A stretch of 64,000 bases of DNA, taken from contig JBKBYA010000002.1 in assembly GCA_046313635.1 (NCBI GenBank), forward strand, positions 1-64,000. Reading direction: 5' to 3'. This document shows positions 32,592 through 43,105 of the stretch, in pieces. Under the pieces are notes generated by a model that saw only the letters and a program-made list of their open reading frames with translations, was not told where the DNA came from and searched no databases. The stretch comes from Pyrinomonadaceae bacterium (lineage in GTDB: Bacteria; Acidobacteriota; Blastocatellia; Pyrinomonadales; Pyrinomonadaceae). Each line of letters starts with the position of its first letter. Positions within the stretch are counted from its first letter, which is position 1. Both the position numbers and the translations under genes were made by a program.

Positions 32592-32615
32592 ACGGCGAGG
32601 AGGCTTTGAGAGATT

Positions 32616-32897
32616 ATGGCAGATAGAGATTTGGAAATTTTGGGTGAGGGCGAGCTCGCCGTCAGCGAAGACGTTATCGGCGATCGCCCGCGACGCTATC
32701 AGCGTCGCCGGCCGCGTCAGGTCGTTCCGGAGTATGTCGATTGGAAGGACGTCGACTTTTTGAGGCAGTTCATCCCCGAGCGCGGCAAGATCATGCCGCG
32801 ACGCATCTCGGGCATCTCGGCCAAGGACCAGCGCCGCATCGCTCGCGCGATCAAGCGCGCACGCTCGATGGCGCTGCTGCCGTTCGTCGCCGACTAG
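32616..32897 (+). CDS. rpsR: 30S ribosomal protein S18 (Cys-free type)
   Basis: [35 protein letters not shown]. Confidence 0.95.
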   Translation: MADRDLEILGEGELAVSEDVIGDRPRRYQRRRPRQVVPEYVDWKDVDFLRQFIPERGKIMPRRISGISAKDQRRIARAIKRARSMALLPFVAD

Positions 32898-32918
32898 GCC
32901 AAGGAGGAATTTAGTTCA

Positions 32919-33491
32919 ATGGCAACAACAACCATTCTTTTACGCGAAGACATCGATGAGCTCGGCGGACGCGGCGAGATCGTGAAGGTAAAGGCAGGCT
33001 ACGCCCGCAACTACCTTCTCCCGAAAGGCCTCGCCAGCCTCGCGACCAAGGGCAACATCAAGCAGATCGAGCAGGAACGCGCCGCTCTGCTCAAAAAGGC
33101 CGCTGTCGAAAAGGCCACCGCCGAGGCGCAGCGCGAACAGATGTCTAACATCTCGCTCGCCTTCGAGCGCAAGTCAGGCGAGCACGGGCATCTCTTTGGC
33201 TCGGTCACCTCGATGGACATCGCCGAGGCGCTGCGTGCCAAGGGCTACGAGATCGACCGCAAGCGCATCCTGCTTCGCGATGCGATCAAGGATACGGGCG
33301 AGTACACCGTGCGCGTGCGTCTGCATCGCGAGGTCGTGCTCGAGGTGCCCGTGACCGTCACGGCCGAGGGCGGCGAGCAGGCCGGCGCAGCCGCAGCGGC
33401 TTCTGAGGCCGCAGCCGAGAAGAAAGGCCGCCGGACAAAAAAGGCCGACGAGTCGGCCGAGGCCGCGGCCGAGACCGAGACCGAAGCATAA
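32919..33491 (+). CDS. rplI: 50S ribosomal protein L9
   Basis: LGGRGEIVKVKAGYARNYLLP, LFGSVT. Confidence 0.96.
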   Translation: MATTTILLREDIDELGGRGEIVKVKAGYARNYLLPKGLASLATKGNIKQIEQERAALLKKAAVEKATAEAQREQMSNISLAFERKSGEHGHLFGSVTSMDIAEALRAKGYEIDRKRILLRDAIKDTGEYTVRVRLHREVVLEVPVTVTAEGGEQAGAAAAASEAAAEKKGRRTKKADESAEAAAETETEA

Positions 33492-33514
33492 TAGCGGTCG
33501 TTGAACTGACCGTG

Positions 33515-33550
33515 ACGGCGTCGCGACACGTGTGTCGCGACGCCGTTTTT
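33515..33550 (+). terminator. Intrinsic terminator after rplI
   Basis: 15-bp inverted repeat ACGGCGTCGCGACAC/GTGTCGCGACGCCGT followed by TTTT. Confidence 0.8.
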
Positions 33551-33707
33551 GCGGGGCTTTAGCGGGCTAACTTAAAAATCGGGCCGAATTTTTGTCAGCG
33601 TCCGAGCTTGGTAGTAATATCGAGACTGCAATTTTTCTTTGCCGTCTTTTTCTATTTTTGCCGGCTTCCCGAGCCGGCCTGGAACGGATCCTCTTCAGAA
33701 CGAAAAA

Positions 33708-35075
33708 ATGTCATCCGCAGTCTATCCAAACAGCCGGCGTGAGCAGTATCTCGAGCGGCCGCTCCCGAGCAGCGAAGACAGCGAACGCGTCATTCTCGGC
33801 GCGATCCTCCTGGACAACGCGCTCATCACGCAGGCTATCGAGCACTTGCGAGGCGAGGATTTTTATTCGCCGTTTCACCGCCGCGTGTACAACGCGATGG
33901 TCGCGCTCTTTGAAGCTTCGAAGCAGATCGACCCGATCCTCATCGCCGAAGAGTTGAAAAAGGAAGGATCTGTCGAGGCGATGGGCGGCATGGCCGCGAT
34001 AGCCAATCTCACGTACGGACTGCCGCACTTTTCAAACCTCGACGAGTACGTCCGCGTCGTCAAGGACAAGTCGATCGTCCGCACGCTGATCCGCACGTGC
34101 AATCAGATCACGAGCGAAGCGCTTGCCGAGGAGGACGACTCGCAGGTGATCCTCGACCGCGCCGAGCAGATGATCTTTGCTCTCGCCGAGGAGCGGACGC
34201 GAAAGGGCTTTTTTCATATCGAGCCCGTCGCCCGCCAGGTGCTCGAGAACGTGACAGAGCTTGCCCGCGGCGAGTCGCACGCGCTGACGGGCCTCTCGAC
34301 CGGATTTCGCGATCTCGACGCCAAGACCTCGGGACTGCAAAAGACCGACCTGATCATCGTCGCCGCACGCCCGTCGATGGGCAAGACCGCGTTTGCCCTG
34401 ACCGTCGCTCAGAACGCCGCCGTGCTCGAGGACGCGGTCGTCGCGATATTCTCGCTTGAGATGTCCAAGGAGCAGCTCGTTATGCGTATGCTCAGCTCCG
34501 AGGCGAAGATCGACGCGCACCGCTTCCGCACCGGTCACCTGATGCGCGAGGAATGGGGACGCCTCGCCGTCGGCATCGAAAAGCTCTCTCGCGCAAAGGT
34601 CTTTATCGACGACACGCCGGGACTCTCGGTCCTCGAGATGCGCGCCAAGACGCGGCGGCTCGCGGCCGAGCAGAAAAAGCTCGACCTGATCGTCGTCGAT
34701 TATCTGCAGCTTATGTCCGGCGGCAAACGAAGCGAGTCGCGCCAGCAAGAGGTCTCGCAGATCTCGCGCGACCTTAAGGCTCTCGCAAAGGAGATGCAGG
34801 TCCCGGTCATCGCTCTTTCGCAGCTCTCGCGCGCACCCGAAGCCCGCAATCCGCCCAAGCCGATGATGTCCGACCTTCGCGAGTCGGGCTCGATCGAGCA
34901 GGACGCCGACGTCGTCGCCTTTATCTACCGCGAGGACTACTACAACGAGACCGAAGAGAACAAAGGCCTCGCCGAGCTCATAATCTCAAAACAGCGAAAC
35001 GGCCCGACCGGCTCGGTGCGGATGGCGTTTTTGAAGGAGTTCACGCGGTTCGAAAATTACTACGGAGGCGAGTAA
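33708..35075 (+). CDS. dnaB: Replicative DNA helicase
   Basis: AARPSMGKT, FSLEMS, VDYLQLM, LSQLSR, DLRESGSIEQDAD, KQRNGPTG. Confidence 0.97.
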   Translation: MSSAVYPNSRREQYLERPLPSSEDSERVILGAILLDNALITQAIEHLRGEDFYSPFHRRVYNAMVALFEASKQIDPILIAEELKKEGSVEAMGGMAAIANLTYGLPHFSNLDEYVRVVKDKSIVRTLIRTCNQITSEALAEEDDSQVILDRAEQMIFALAEERTRKGFFHIEPVARQVLENVTELARGESHALTGLSTGFRDLDAKTSGLQKTDLIIVAARPSMGKTAFALTVAQNAAVLEDAVVAIFSLEMSKEQLVMRMLSSEAKIDAHRFRTGHLMREEWGRLAVGIEKLSRAKVFIDDTPGLSVLEMRAKTRRLAAEQKKLDLIVVDYLQLMSGGKRSESRQQEVSQISRDLKALAKEMQVPVIALSQLSRAPEARNPPKPMMSDLRESGSIEQDADVVAFIYREDYYNETEENKGLAELIISKQRNGPTGSVRMAFLKEFTRFENYYGGE

Positions 35076-35082
35076 TAGATCT

Positions 35083-35619
35083 ATGAGTCAAGCCCATGCG
35101 ACAGACCTCAGCTACCCGATCGGAAAGTTTGAGCCTTCCGCGATCGATCCCGCCCGGCGTGCCGAGTACATCGCTGTCATTCGCGATCTGCCGGCAAAGC
35201 TTCGCGAGGCGGTCGCGGGCTTGAGCGACGAGCAGCTCGACACGCCCTACCGGCCCGGCGGGTGGACGGTGAGGCAGACGGTGCATCACATTGCGGACAG
35301 CCATATGAATTCGCAGATCCGGTTTAAGCTGGCGCTGACCGAGGACGCCGTTCCGACGATCGTGCCGTACGCCGAGGACCGCTGGGCCGAGCTTGCGGAT
35401 TCGCGGCTGCCGGTCGACGTTTCGCTCGCGATCATCGACGGCATTCACGCCCGCTGGGCGGCGCTGCTTGAGTCGATGTCGGATGCGGAGTTTGAAAGGA
35501 AATTCAAACATCCCGAGACCGGCGAATGGACGCTCGACGGAGCACTCGCGCTCTACGCCTGGCACTCGCAGCATCACACCGCGCACATCACGCGCCTTTG
35601 CGAACGCAGCGGCTGGTAA
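35083..35619 (+). CDS. YfiT/BstA-family thiol S-transferase (DinB superfamily)
   Basis: LSYPIGKF, LDTPYRPGGWTVRQTVHHIADSH, YAWHSQHHTAHI. Confidence 0.88.
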   Translation: MSQAHATDLSYPIGKFEPSAIDPARRAEYIAVIRDLPAKLREAVAGLSDEQLDTPYRPGGWTVRQTVHHIADSHMNSQIRFKLALTEDAVPTIVPYAEDRWAELADSRLPVDVSLAIIDGIHARWAALLESMSDAEFERKFKHPETGEWTLDGALALYAWHSQHHTAHITRLCERSGW

Positions 35620-35641
35620 GAATGGTTGTTGACCTTCAAAG

Positions 35642-35676
35642 TAGCTGATAGCTATTAGCTGATAGCTGACAGCTAT
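35642..35676. repeat. Heptamer tandem array (TAGCTGA-type, 5 copies)
   Basis: TAGCTGA TAGCTAT TAGCTGA TAGCTGA CAGCTAT. Confidence 0.8.
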
Positions 35677-35705
35677 TTTTCACTTATTCTCGAGACCTAA
35701 GAGCT

Positions 35706-37094
35706 ATGACCGAAGCGCAGCCTGACACCGCCGCCTCCCGCCTTGTCTCGCTCGACGTCTTTCGCGGTATGACCATCGCCGGGATGGTGCTCGTCAACAA
35801 TCCCGGGACGTGGTCGGCGATCTACGACCCGCTTGAGCATGCCGAATGGAACGGCATCACGCCGACCGATTACATCTTTCCTTTCTTTCTTTTTATCGTC
35901 GGCACCGCGATCCCGATCGCTCTGCGCAAAGGCAGAAACCCGAGCGGTAGCGAGGGTGTCCGATCGACCCGAGCGCTCTACGTCAAGATCGCCAAGCGCG
36001 CGGCGACGATCTTTGCGCTTGGGCTGCTGATGTCGATGATCCCCTTCTTTCAGTTCAACGACTCGACGGGTATACCGTATGCGCTGAGGATCGTCCTCGT
36101 ACTGTCGTTCTCGACCGCGCTGTTTCTCTATCTGCTCGAGCGGCGGCTCGAGGCCGCGATCGTCGCCGGGATCTCGGCATTGACGCTGCTCGGCTTTTAT
36201 CTCGCGGGGGCGAATATCGTCTGGTACAACTTCTCGACGATGCGCATCCCGGGCGTGCTGCAGCGGATCGCCGTCTGTTACCTCGTCGTCTCGATAATTT
36301 TCCTGCATACGAGCTGGCGGCAGCAGGCGATCATCGGCGGCGTTCTGCTTCTTGCGTATTGGGTCTTGATGACGACGATACCCGTGCCGGGCTGCGAGAT
36401 CACGACGATCAACGACAAGGCATGCAATCTCGCCGCATACATCGATCGAATGATCCTCACCGAGTCTCATATATGGCGCTCGGCCCGCGTTTACGATCCG
36501 GAAGGAATTCTCTCCACCATCCCCGCGATCGTCACGACGATCAGCGGTGTGCTGACGGGGACGTGGCTGCTTCGCAGTGACAAGGGCCAAGTGACAAGTG
36601 ACAAGACCGACGACTCGTCACTCGTCACTCGCCACTCGTCACTAAACAAGGCCGCGGGAATGTTCTTTTTCGGCACCGCGCTCCTCGCGGCCGGCTACGT
36701 TTGGAGCCTTGCGTTCCCGCTTAATAAATCGCTGTGGACGAGTTCGTACGTTCTTTACACTTCAGGCCTCGCGCTGCTGACGCTCGCGTCGTGCTATTGG
36801 CTGATCGATATCAAGGGCTACCGGCGTTGGGCGAAGCCGTTTGTGATATTCGGCGTTAACGCACTCGCGCTTTTTGTCTTCTCGGGCATTATGGCGAGAC
36901 TGCTTGGAATGATACGTCTCGCCGGAGCCGAAGAAGGGAAAGAGATCACGCTGCAGCAATGGATCTTCGGCAACGCATTCCTGCGTTTCGCCGAGCCGAT
37001 CGACGCATCGCTCGCCTACGCGGTCTGCTTCATTCTGCTGTGGCTTTTCCTGATGTGGCTGCTGTATCGCAAGCGGATCTACATCAAGGTCTGA
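35706..37094 (+). CDS. NagX/DUF5009 heparan-alpha-glucosaminide N-acetyltransferase-like membrane protein
   Basis: RLVSLDVFRG, MVLVNNPG, HAEWNG, GVLQRIA, DPEGILST, PLNKSLWTSS. Confidence 0.88.
   Translation: MTEAQPDTAASRLVSLDVFRGMTIAGMVLVNNPGTWSAIYDPLEHAEWNGITPTDYIFPFFLFIVGTAIPIALRKGRNPSGSEGVRSTRALYVKIAKRAATIFALGLLMSMIPFFQFNDSTGIPYALRIVLVLSFSTALFLYLLERRLEAAIVAGISALTLLGFYLAGANIVWYNFSTMRIPGVLQRIAVCYLVVSIIFLHTSWRQQAIIGGVLLLAYWVLMTTIPVPGCEITTINDKACNLAAYIDRMILTESHIWRSARVYDPEGILSTIPAIVTTISGVLTGTWLLRSDKGQVTSDKTDDSSLVTRHSSLNKAAGMFFFGTALLAAGYVWSLAFPLNKSLWTSSYVLYTSGLALLTLASCYWLIDIKGYRRWAKPFVIFGVNALALFVFSGIMARLLGMIRLAGAEEGKEITLQQWIFGNAFLRFAEPIDASLAYAVCFILLWLFLMWLLYRKRIYIKV
36576..36643. repeat. In-frame inverted heptamer-repeat hairpin (AGTGACA / CGTCACT) inside the NagX-like gene
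   Basis: AGTGACA AGGGCCA AGTGACA AGTGACA ... CGTCACT CGTCACT CGCCACT CGTCACT. Confidence 0.85.
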
Positions 37095-37099
37095 AACTT

Positions 37100-37129
37100 G
37101 AAAGAGCGGCTGTGGGCGGCCGCTCTTTC
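37100..37129. terminator. Bidirectional terminator between convergent genes
   Basis: GAAAGAGCGGC/GCCGCTCTTTC. Confidence 0.75.
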
Positions 37130-37138
37130 CTTTGTCGT

Positions 37139-39289
37139 TCACTTCAATTCGAAGCTTCGTATCTCGGCCGCGAGCTGAGACTCAAGGTTCGCCCTTTGCG
37201 CCGAAAGCGCTTTCCTTTCCGCATTCATCTGTTCGATCTGTGTCTCCTGCTCGCCGGCTTTGGCGATATACCGGGCGATCAGCTGTTTCGCTTCGGGCGT
37301 TTTAGCGAGGGCCTCGATGTTCTCGCGAAGACGTTTCTGATCGGCTTCGATCTTTTCTACCTCGTCGTCAAACGCTTCCAGCCTGCGATCGATCTCGGCG
37401 ATCTGCGTTCGAATGCTGATGAGCTTCTCGAGTCGCGTCCGCGTCGCATCGTCTATGTACCGCCGCTTTACAAAAAGATCGATCTGGTCGCGAGTGATCG
37501 AACGGAGCTGATACGAGTCCATCAATCCCTGCCGCTCGACGACGCGCAGCGACTGCTTTTCGAAGGGCTTGAGCTCGACGCGGAAGCGATAGTACTTCTC
37601 GGTCACGATGTCGGGCTTTGCACTGGACTCCGCGAGGCCCCAATCCTTCTTGACCGGATGCTCGACATACACGACCTTTTCCCGGTCGGTCTGGTTGGCG
37701 ATGGTGTAGATCTTTTCATCGGTCTGGAAGTAGTGGACCTCAAAGACGCCGTTGATCGCCTTGATCAGCTTGGCCGGCTCCCGGTCCTGCTTCTGCTCGG
37801 CGATGACGAAGGTCCCGAGATCGAGCGCGAACGAGATCAGGCGTCGCTCGCGCGGCTTGAGCCGTTCCATCAGGGCCTCGCCGGCATATGCGTCGCGGTC
37901 GAGCACGGTTAGGCTGCCGCCCTCAAAGGTGAGCGGCGTGGTGTTGGTCAGCATCATTCCGCCCATGGGGCGTTCGGCGCGGACCGATTCGTTGTAAACG
38001 GAGATCCGCTCGCCCTCCATCTTTGTCTGGACGATCGGGATCAGCGCCGAGCGGTTGCGCGGCACGGTCACCGGGTCGCTGATGCGGTATTCGAAGAGGT
38101 CGCCGATCTCGCTGCCGGTCGCCGCTGTCTGTACGCCCGAGTCCTCGCTGACAAGGACGTTGCTGACAGACGTCGACACGCCTGGAGCCAACATCAGATT
38201 GCTCTGCGCCATCGACCCGTTGACCTCGACCGCGTTACCGCGACCCCCGCCCGATCCTGAACCGCTGCCTGAGCCGTCGCCGACGCCGGAGCCTTCGCCG
38301 ACCCCGACCTCGGGATCGTAGACCTGCGGGTCGAGATTCAGGTCGTCGGGGATGGGAATGACGGGACGATAACGATAGAGCGGCTTTTGCAGGTTTTGGA
38401 TGAACGAGACCGGCGAGCCGGAGACGAGCGAGAGGCTGACGTTTTGCCAATCCTCGTCGCTCACGTTGTCGACGATCGCCCAGCCCTGAAAGAACGGTTT
38501 GCCGTCGTCGCCGAGCACGACGCGGTATGTCGTCTTCCAGATCGGCGCGGCGATGGTGTAGCTGACGATCATCTCGCGTTGGCCCGTGCCTTCGCTGGTG
38601 ACGGTGATCGTCTTTGCGTCGCGGCGGCGGGTCGAAGCGGTCGCATCGGCGAATTCGTTGATGTCGCGCCGCGTCGCGTCGTCGAGCAGCTTCACGCTTC
38701 GCACCGTCGCGAGGTCAAAGCTCGACAGTTCGCCGCTCTCCGAAGCGATCACGAGAAAGCGCTGGGCCGCGGCAGGACGGTCCTTGTCGGCCGGCGCGAC
38801 GCGCTTTTCTACCGTGAGGATCGAGCCCGCGGCCGACGCTCCGCTCGCCGTCACGACCGCGACCTTTGCACCTTGGAGCTGCGACAGCACCTCGAAGATG
38901 CCGCCGTCGCCATCGGTCTTTGACTCGACCTCAAAAGGTATCTCGGCCGTGCGAGCCGACGCCGGCGCCGACGAGTTGTACGACACCGCGCCGATGCGCC
39001 CCTTGCCGAGGTCGAGCACGACCATCGATTTGAGCACGTCGTCGACCTGCGACTGCTTGAACGAGAGATTCACTTCGGCGTTGCCGCTGACAACCCCGAG
39101 CCGCTCGATGTACGCGACGCCATTCGAATAAAGGATCACACGGCGGATCGGAAGCTGCGAGGCGTTTGACGGAGCGGGGGTCGCCGCGGCCACCGGACCT
39201 CTCGGCGGCGTGCGCCGTACAGCCGTTTGAGCGTTGACGGTCGAAAAAGCGCACACGAGTATCAGAAGGGAAATGATCTTCATCCTCAT
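37139..39289 (-). CDS. Secreted DUF4139/DUF4140-like protein with C-terminal coiled coil
   Basis: Signal peptide from ATG 39289 or 39283, RVILYSNGVAY, DDVLKSM, WAIVDNVSDEDWQNVSLSLVSG, GDLFEY. Confidence 0.75.
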   Translation of the reverse strand: MRMKIISLLILVCAFSTVNAQTAVRRTPPRGPVAAATPAPSNASQLPIRRVILYSNGVAYIERLGVVSGNAEVNLSFKQSQVDDVLKSMVVLDLGKGRIGAVSYNSSAPASARTAEIPFEVESKTDGDGGIFEVLSQLQGAKVAVVTASGASAAGSILTVEKRVAPADKDRPAAAQRFLVIASESGELSSFDLATVRSVKLLDDATRRDINEFADATASTRRRDAKTITVTSEGTGQREMIVSYTIAAPIWKTTYRVVLGDDGKPFFQGWAIVDNVSDEDWQNVSLSLVSGSPVSFIQNLQKPLYRYRPVIPIPDDLNLDPQVYDPEVGVGEGSGVGDGSGSGSGSGGGRGNAVEVNGSMAQSNLMLAPGVSTSVSNVLVSEDSGVQTAATGSEIGDLFEYRISDPVTVPRNRSALIPIVQTKMEGERISVYNESVRAERPMGGMMLTNTTPLTFEGGSLTVLDRDAYAGEALMERLKPRERRLISFALDLGTFVIAEQKQDREPAKLIKAINGVFEVHYFQTDEKIYTIANQTDREKVVYVEHPVKKDWGLAESSAKPDIVTEKYYRFRVELKPFEKQSLRVVERQGLMDSYQLRSITRDQIDLFVKRRYIDDATRTRLEKLISIRTQIAEIDRRLEAFDDEVEKIEADQKRLRENIEALAKTPEAKQLIARYIAKAGEQETQIEQMNAERKALSAQRANLESQLAAEIRSFELK

Positions 39290-39381
39290 TGGTCTTACCT
39301 GCTTTATCTGTGAGTTGACGGAAACCGGCCTAAAGGATGAGGTGAGGCGCGGGATTGGTTGCTTTAGAGGGAAGGGTTGAT

Positions 39382-39475
39382 CCTTGGCGTCCTCAGCGAA
39401 AACTTTGCGGCCTTTGCGGTCCAAGCCAGGACTCAAACCGCAAAGAACGCCAAGCTCCCGCAAAGGACGCGAAGG
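39382..39475. repeat. Inverted hairpin of 9-bp-type repeats (CTTTGCG / CGCAAAG) downstream of sucC
   Basis: CCTTGGCGTCCTCAGCG..CTTTGCGGCCTTTGCGGT versus ACCGCAAAGAACGCCAAG..CGCAAAGGACGCGAAGG; same architecture as 6461-6543. Confidence 0.75.
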
Positions 39476-39489
39476 TCAGAAGGTTGGAA

Positions 39490-40653
<1,164 letters not shown>

Positions 40654-40743
40654 AAAAAATGACGATCGGCTTGAGCGCCGTCGTTCGAGCTAAACTCAAT
40701 TATCTGTTTAATTTCAAATCAAAATTTTATCGGCCGGTATGGC

Positions 40744-40775
40744 AAAAAGCAAAGGCACCCTTGATGAGGGTGCCC
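40744..40775 (-). terminator. Terminator after pepA
   Basis: GGCACCCT/AGGGTGCC stem with an A-tract on the plus strand. Confidence 0.6.
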
Positions 40776-40799
40776 AGTGCTTCAAAGACGTCGCAGGCG

Positions 40800-42308
40800 T
40801 TAACGTGCCGAGCGCTCGACGAGCTTTAACAGCGTCCTGACGGCGACGGCGGTCGGGCCTTTTGCCTGGTACGGCCGCGGCTGGTCGGCCCAGGCCGTGC
40901 CCGCGATGTCGAGGTGCGCCCACTTGGCCTTGTCGACGAACTCCTGTATAAAGACCGCGCCCATGATCGTGCCGGCCTTGCCGCGCGGGCCGATATTTTT
41001 GATATCGGCGATGTCCGACTTGATCTGCTTGCTGTACTCCTTGCCGACGGGCAGCTGCCAGTAGTTTTCGCCGGCCTCCTTGCCGCATTCGATGATCTCG
41101 TCGACGAGTTCCTGGTCGTTGCCCATGATGCCTGTATTCACATCGCCGAGTGCGATGATCACCGCTCCGGTCAAGGTGGCCATGTCCACGATGCGCGTCG
41201 CACCCTGCGACTCGGCGTAGGCGACCGCATCGGCCAGGATCAGCCGGCCTTCGGCGTCGGTATTGAGGATCTCGATCGTCTTGCCGTTGCTGGCGGTGAC
41301 CACGTCGCTCGGTCTCGAGGCCCGGCCGTCGGGCATGTTCTCGACCGCCGCGACGACGCCGAGCACCGGAACCGCAGGCTTGAGCATCCCGATCGCACGC
41401 ATCGTCCCGAGCACGGTCGCTCCGCCCGACATATCGTACTTCATCGCTTCCATCCCTTCGCCGGGCTTGAGCGAGATGCCGCCCGTGTCGAATGTGATGC
41501 CTTTGCCGACGAGTGCGAGCAGGTCGCCGCCATTCTCAGCCGCGCCGTCCGGCGTGTACCGCAAGACGATCAGCTTGGCAGGCTCTTCGGAGCCCTTCGA
41601 GACCGACAGCAGCGAGCCCATTCCGAGCTGCTCCATCTGGTCCTCGTCGAGCACTTCAAAGGCAAGTCCCGTCTCGTTCGCCATCTCCTCGGCGCGGCGG
41701 GCCATCTCGGTCGGCGTAAGGATGTTTGGCGGTTCGTTGGCGAGATCGCGGGTGAAGTTCATCGAGTCGCCGATGATCTGCCCGCGATTGAGCCCGGCCT
41801 TGAGCGCGGCCGCGTCCGCGCCTTCGACGCAGAGGATAAAACCGGTGACGGCCTTGCTGTTCTTGTCCTTGGTCTTATATTTGTCGAGCTCGAATTGGCT
41901 CGTCACCACGCCCTGCATCGCATTCTGCGCGATCTCGCCGGCATCGCCCGCGCAGCGCGGAAGGAACGCAAAATTCTTGACGTTGATCTGTCTGAAAAAT
42001 CGTGTCGCCGTACCCGAGGCGATCGAAACGGCCGAAGCGCGGTACTCGGCCTTGTCGCCCATTCCGACCAGCAGCAGACGTGAGGCCTTGACCTTGCCCT
42101 TGGGGACGAAACGGATCAATGCGGTCTCGCCGGGCTCGCCTTTGAATTCGCCCGACTTCATCGTCGCGGTGAGGAGCCCGCCGGTGATCTTGTCGAGCTC
42201 TTTGAACTCGGCAGCGGTCGGCTTCTCGCCCTTAAAAACGGAGACGGCCAGCGCGGCCGCATTTGCCTCGGTAAAATTACCGGTGATTGCTTGGGATCTC
42301 ATCCTCAC
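40800..42308 (-). CDS. pepA: Leucyl aminopeptidase (M17)
   Basis: VGKGITFDTGG, MKYDMSG, NTDAEGRLILADA, ATLTGA, HLDIAG. Confidence 0.95.
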   Translation of the reverse strand: MRMRSQAITGNFTEANAAALAVSVFKGEKPTAAEFKELDKITGGLLTATMKSGEFKGEPGETALIRFVPKGKVKASRLLLVGMGDKAEYRASAVSIASGTATRFFRQINVKNFAFLPRCAGDAGEIAQNAMQGVVTSQFELDKYKTKDKNSKAVTGFILCVEGADAAALKAGLNRGQIIGDSMNFTRDLANEPPNILTPTEMARRAEEMANETGLAFEVLDEDQMEQLGMGSLLSVSKGSEEPAKLIVLRYTPDGAAENGGDLLALVGKGITFDTGGISLKPGEGMEAMKYDMSGGATVLGTMRAIGMLKPAVPVLGVVAAVENMPDGRASRPSDVVTASNGKTIEILNTDAEGRLILADAVAYAESQGATRIVDMATLTGAVIIALGDVNTGIMGNDQELVDEIIECGKEAGENYWQLPVGKEYSKQIKSDIADIKNIGPRGKAGTIMGAVFIQEFVDKAKWAHLDIAGTAWADQPRPYQAKGPTAVAVRTLLKLVERSAR

Positions 42309-42351
42309 CTCGAATGTAGAAAAGTAGGGAAAATGCCGTACTAGCTATAAC

Positions 42352-42816
42352 TTATCTAAGCCGTTCTTTCAACTGCTGGCGCGTTTCGCGCTCGACCGTT
42401 TTTGTGATCTCGGCGGCGCGCTTGTCGTAAAGTTTTTTGCCCTTTGCGACGCCGATCTCAAACTTGATCCGGCCGTTCTTCCAGTAGATGGCCGTGACGA
42501 CGAGCGTCATTCCTTTTTGCGTCGTCTCTTTTTCGAGTTTCTCGATCTCGCGCCGGTTGAGCAGCAGCTTGCGCGAGCGGAGCGGATCGTGGTTTTCGCG
42601 GTTGCCGTGGGAGTAGGGAGAGATATGCGCATTCATCAGCCACACCTCGCCTTCCTTAATCGAGACGTACGAGTCCTTGAGCTGGATGCGGCCCGCCATT
42701 ATGCTCTTGACCTCGGTGCCCTTCAGCACGGCGCCGGCCTCGTAGCGATCAAGAATGTGATATTCGTGAAACGCCTGCCGGTTGGTCAGTATCTCTTTGT
42801 CAGCCGCCGCGGACAT
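42352..42816 (-). CDS. smpB: SsrA-binding protein
   Basis: NRQAFHEY, EAGAVLKGTEVKS, RKLLL, AKGKKLYDKR. Confidence 0.96.
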   Translation of the reverse strand: MSAAADKEILTNRQAFHEYHILDRYEAGAVLKGTEVKSIMAGRIQLKDSYVSIKEGEVWLMNAHISPYSHGNRENHDPLRSRKLLLNRREIEKLEKETTQKGMTLVVTAIYWKNGRIKFEIGVAKGKKLYDKRAAEITKTVERETRQQLKERLR

Positions 42817-42825
42817 AAAGGAAAA

Positions 42826-42906
42826 AGTATGAAGTACGGCCCGCAAATGTCAAAGTAATGCCCAGCCGCAGCAGAGTTGACAGTCACAATTCGGGCACGT
42901 AAATTA
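42826..42906. promoter_or_regulatory. Back-to-back sigma70 promoters for smpB (minus) and tRNA-Gln (plus)
   Basis: Minus: TTGACA-16 nt-CATACT. Plus: TTGACA (42878)-17 nt-TAAATT. Confidence 0.6.
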
Positions 42907-42917
42907 TTACCTTGCGC

Positions 42918-42991
42918 TGGGAGATCGTCTAATGGTAGGACTCCAGATTCTGGCTCTGGCTATCGGGGTTCGAATCCCTGTCTCCCAGCCA
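42918..42991 (+). tRNA. tRNA-Gln (anticodon CTG)
   Basis: Cloverleaf with acceptor TGGGAGA/TCTCCCA, anticodon loop TTCTGGC, T-loop TTCGAAT and encoded CCA. Confidence 0.95.
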
Positions 42992-43006
42992 ATTTAGTTT
43001 TTAAGA

Positions 43007-43095
43007 CCGGCGGCCAGTTGTCAGTTCTGGCATTCTCCGGTCTGAATTTCTCCGCAATTTTCCCTCTGGCAACTGACCGCCGACCGCTGACAACT
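43007..43095. repeat. Degenerate inverted heptamer-repeat element (CAGTTGT / CTGACAA) after tRNA-Gln
   Basis: CCGGCGG CCAGTTG TCAGTTC ... CTGGCAA CTGACCG CCGACCG CTGACAA; AGTTGTCAG pairs exactly with CTGACAACT. Confidence 0.6.
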
Positions 43096-43105
43096 CGCAA
43101 CGATT

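Noticed and set aside
42918..43105. tRNA-Gln or smpB as an island integration site
   Set aside because: No integrase, no duplicated tRNA 3' end noticed, and no tmRNA recognised.
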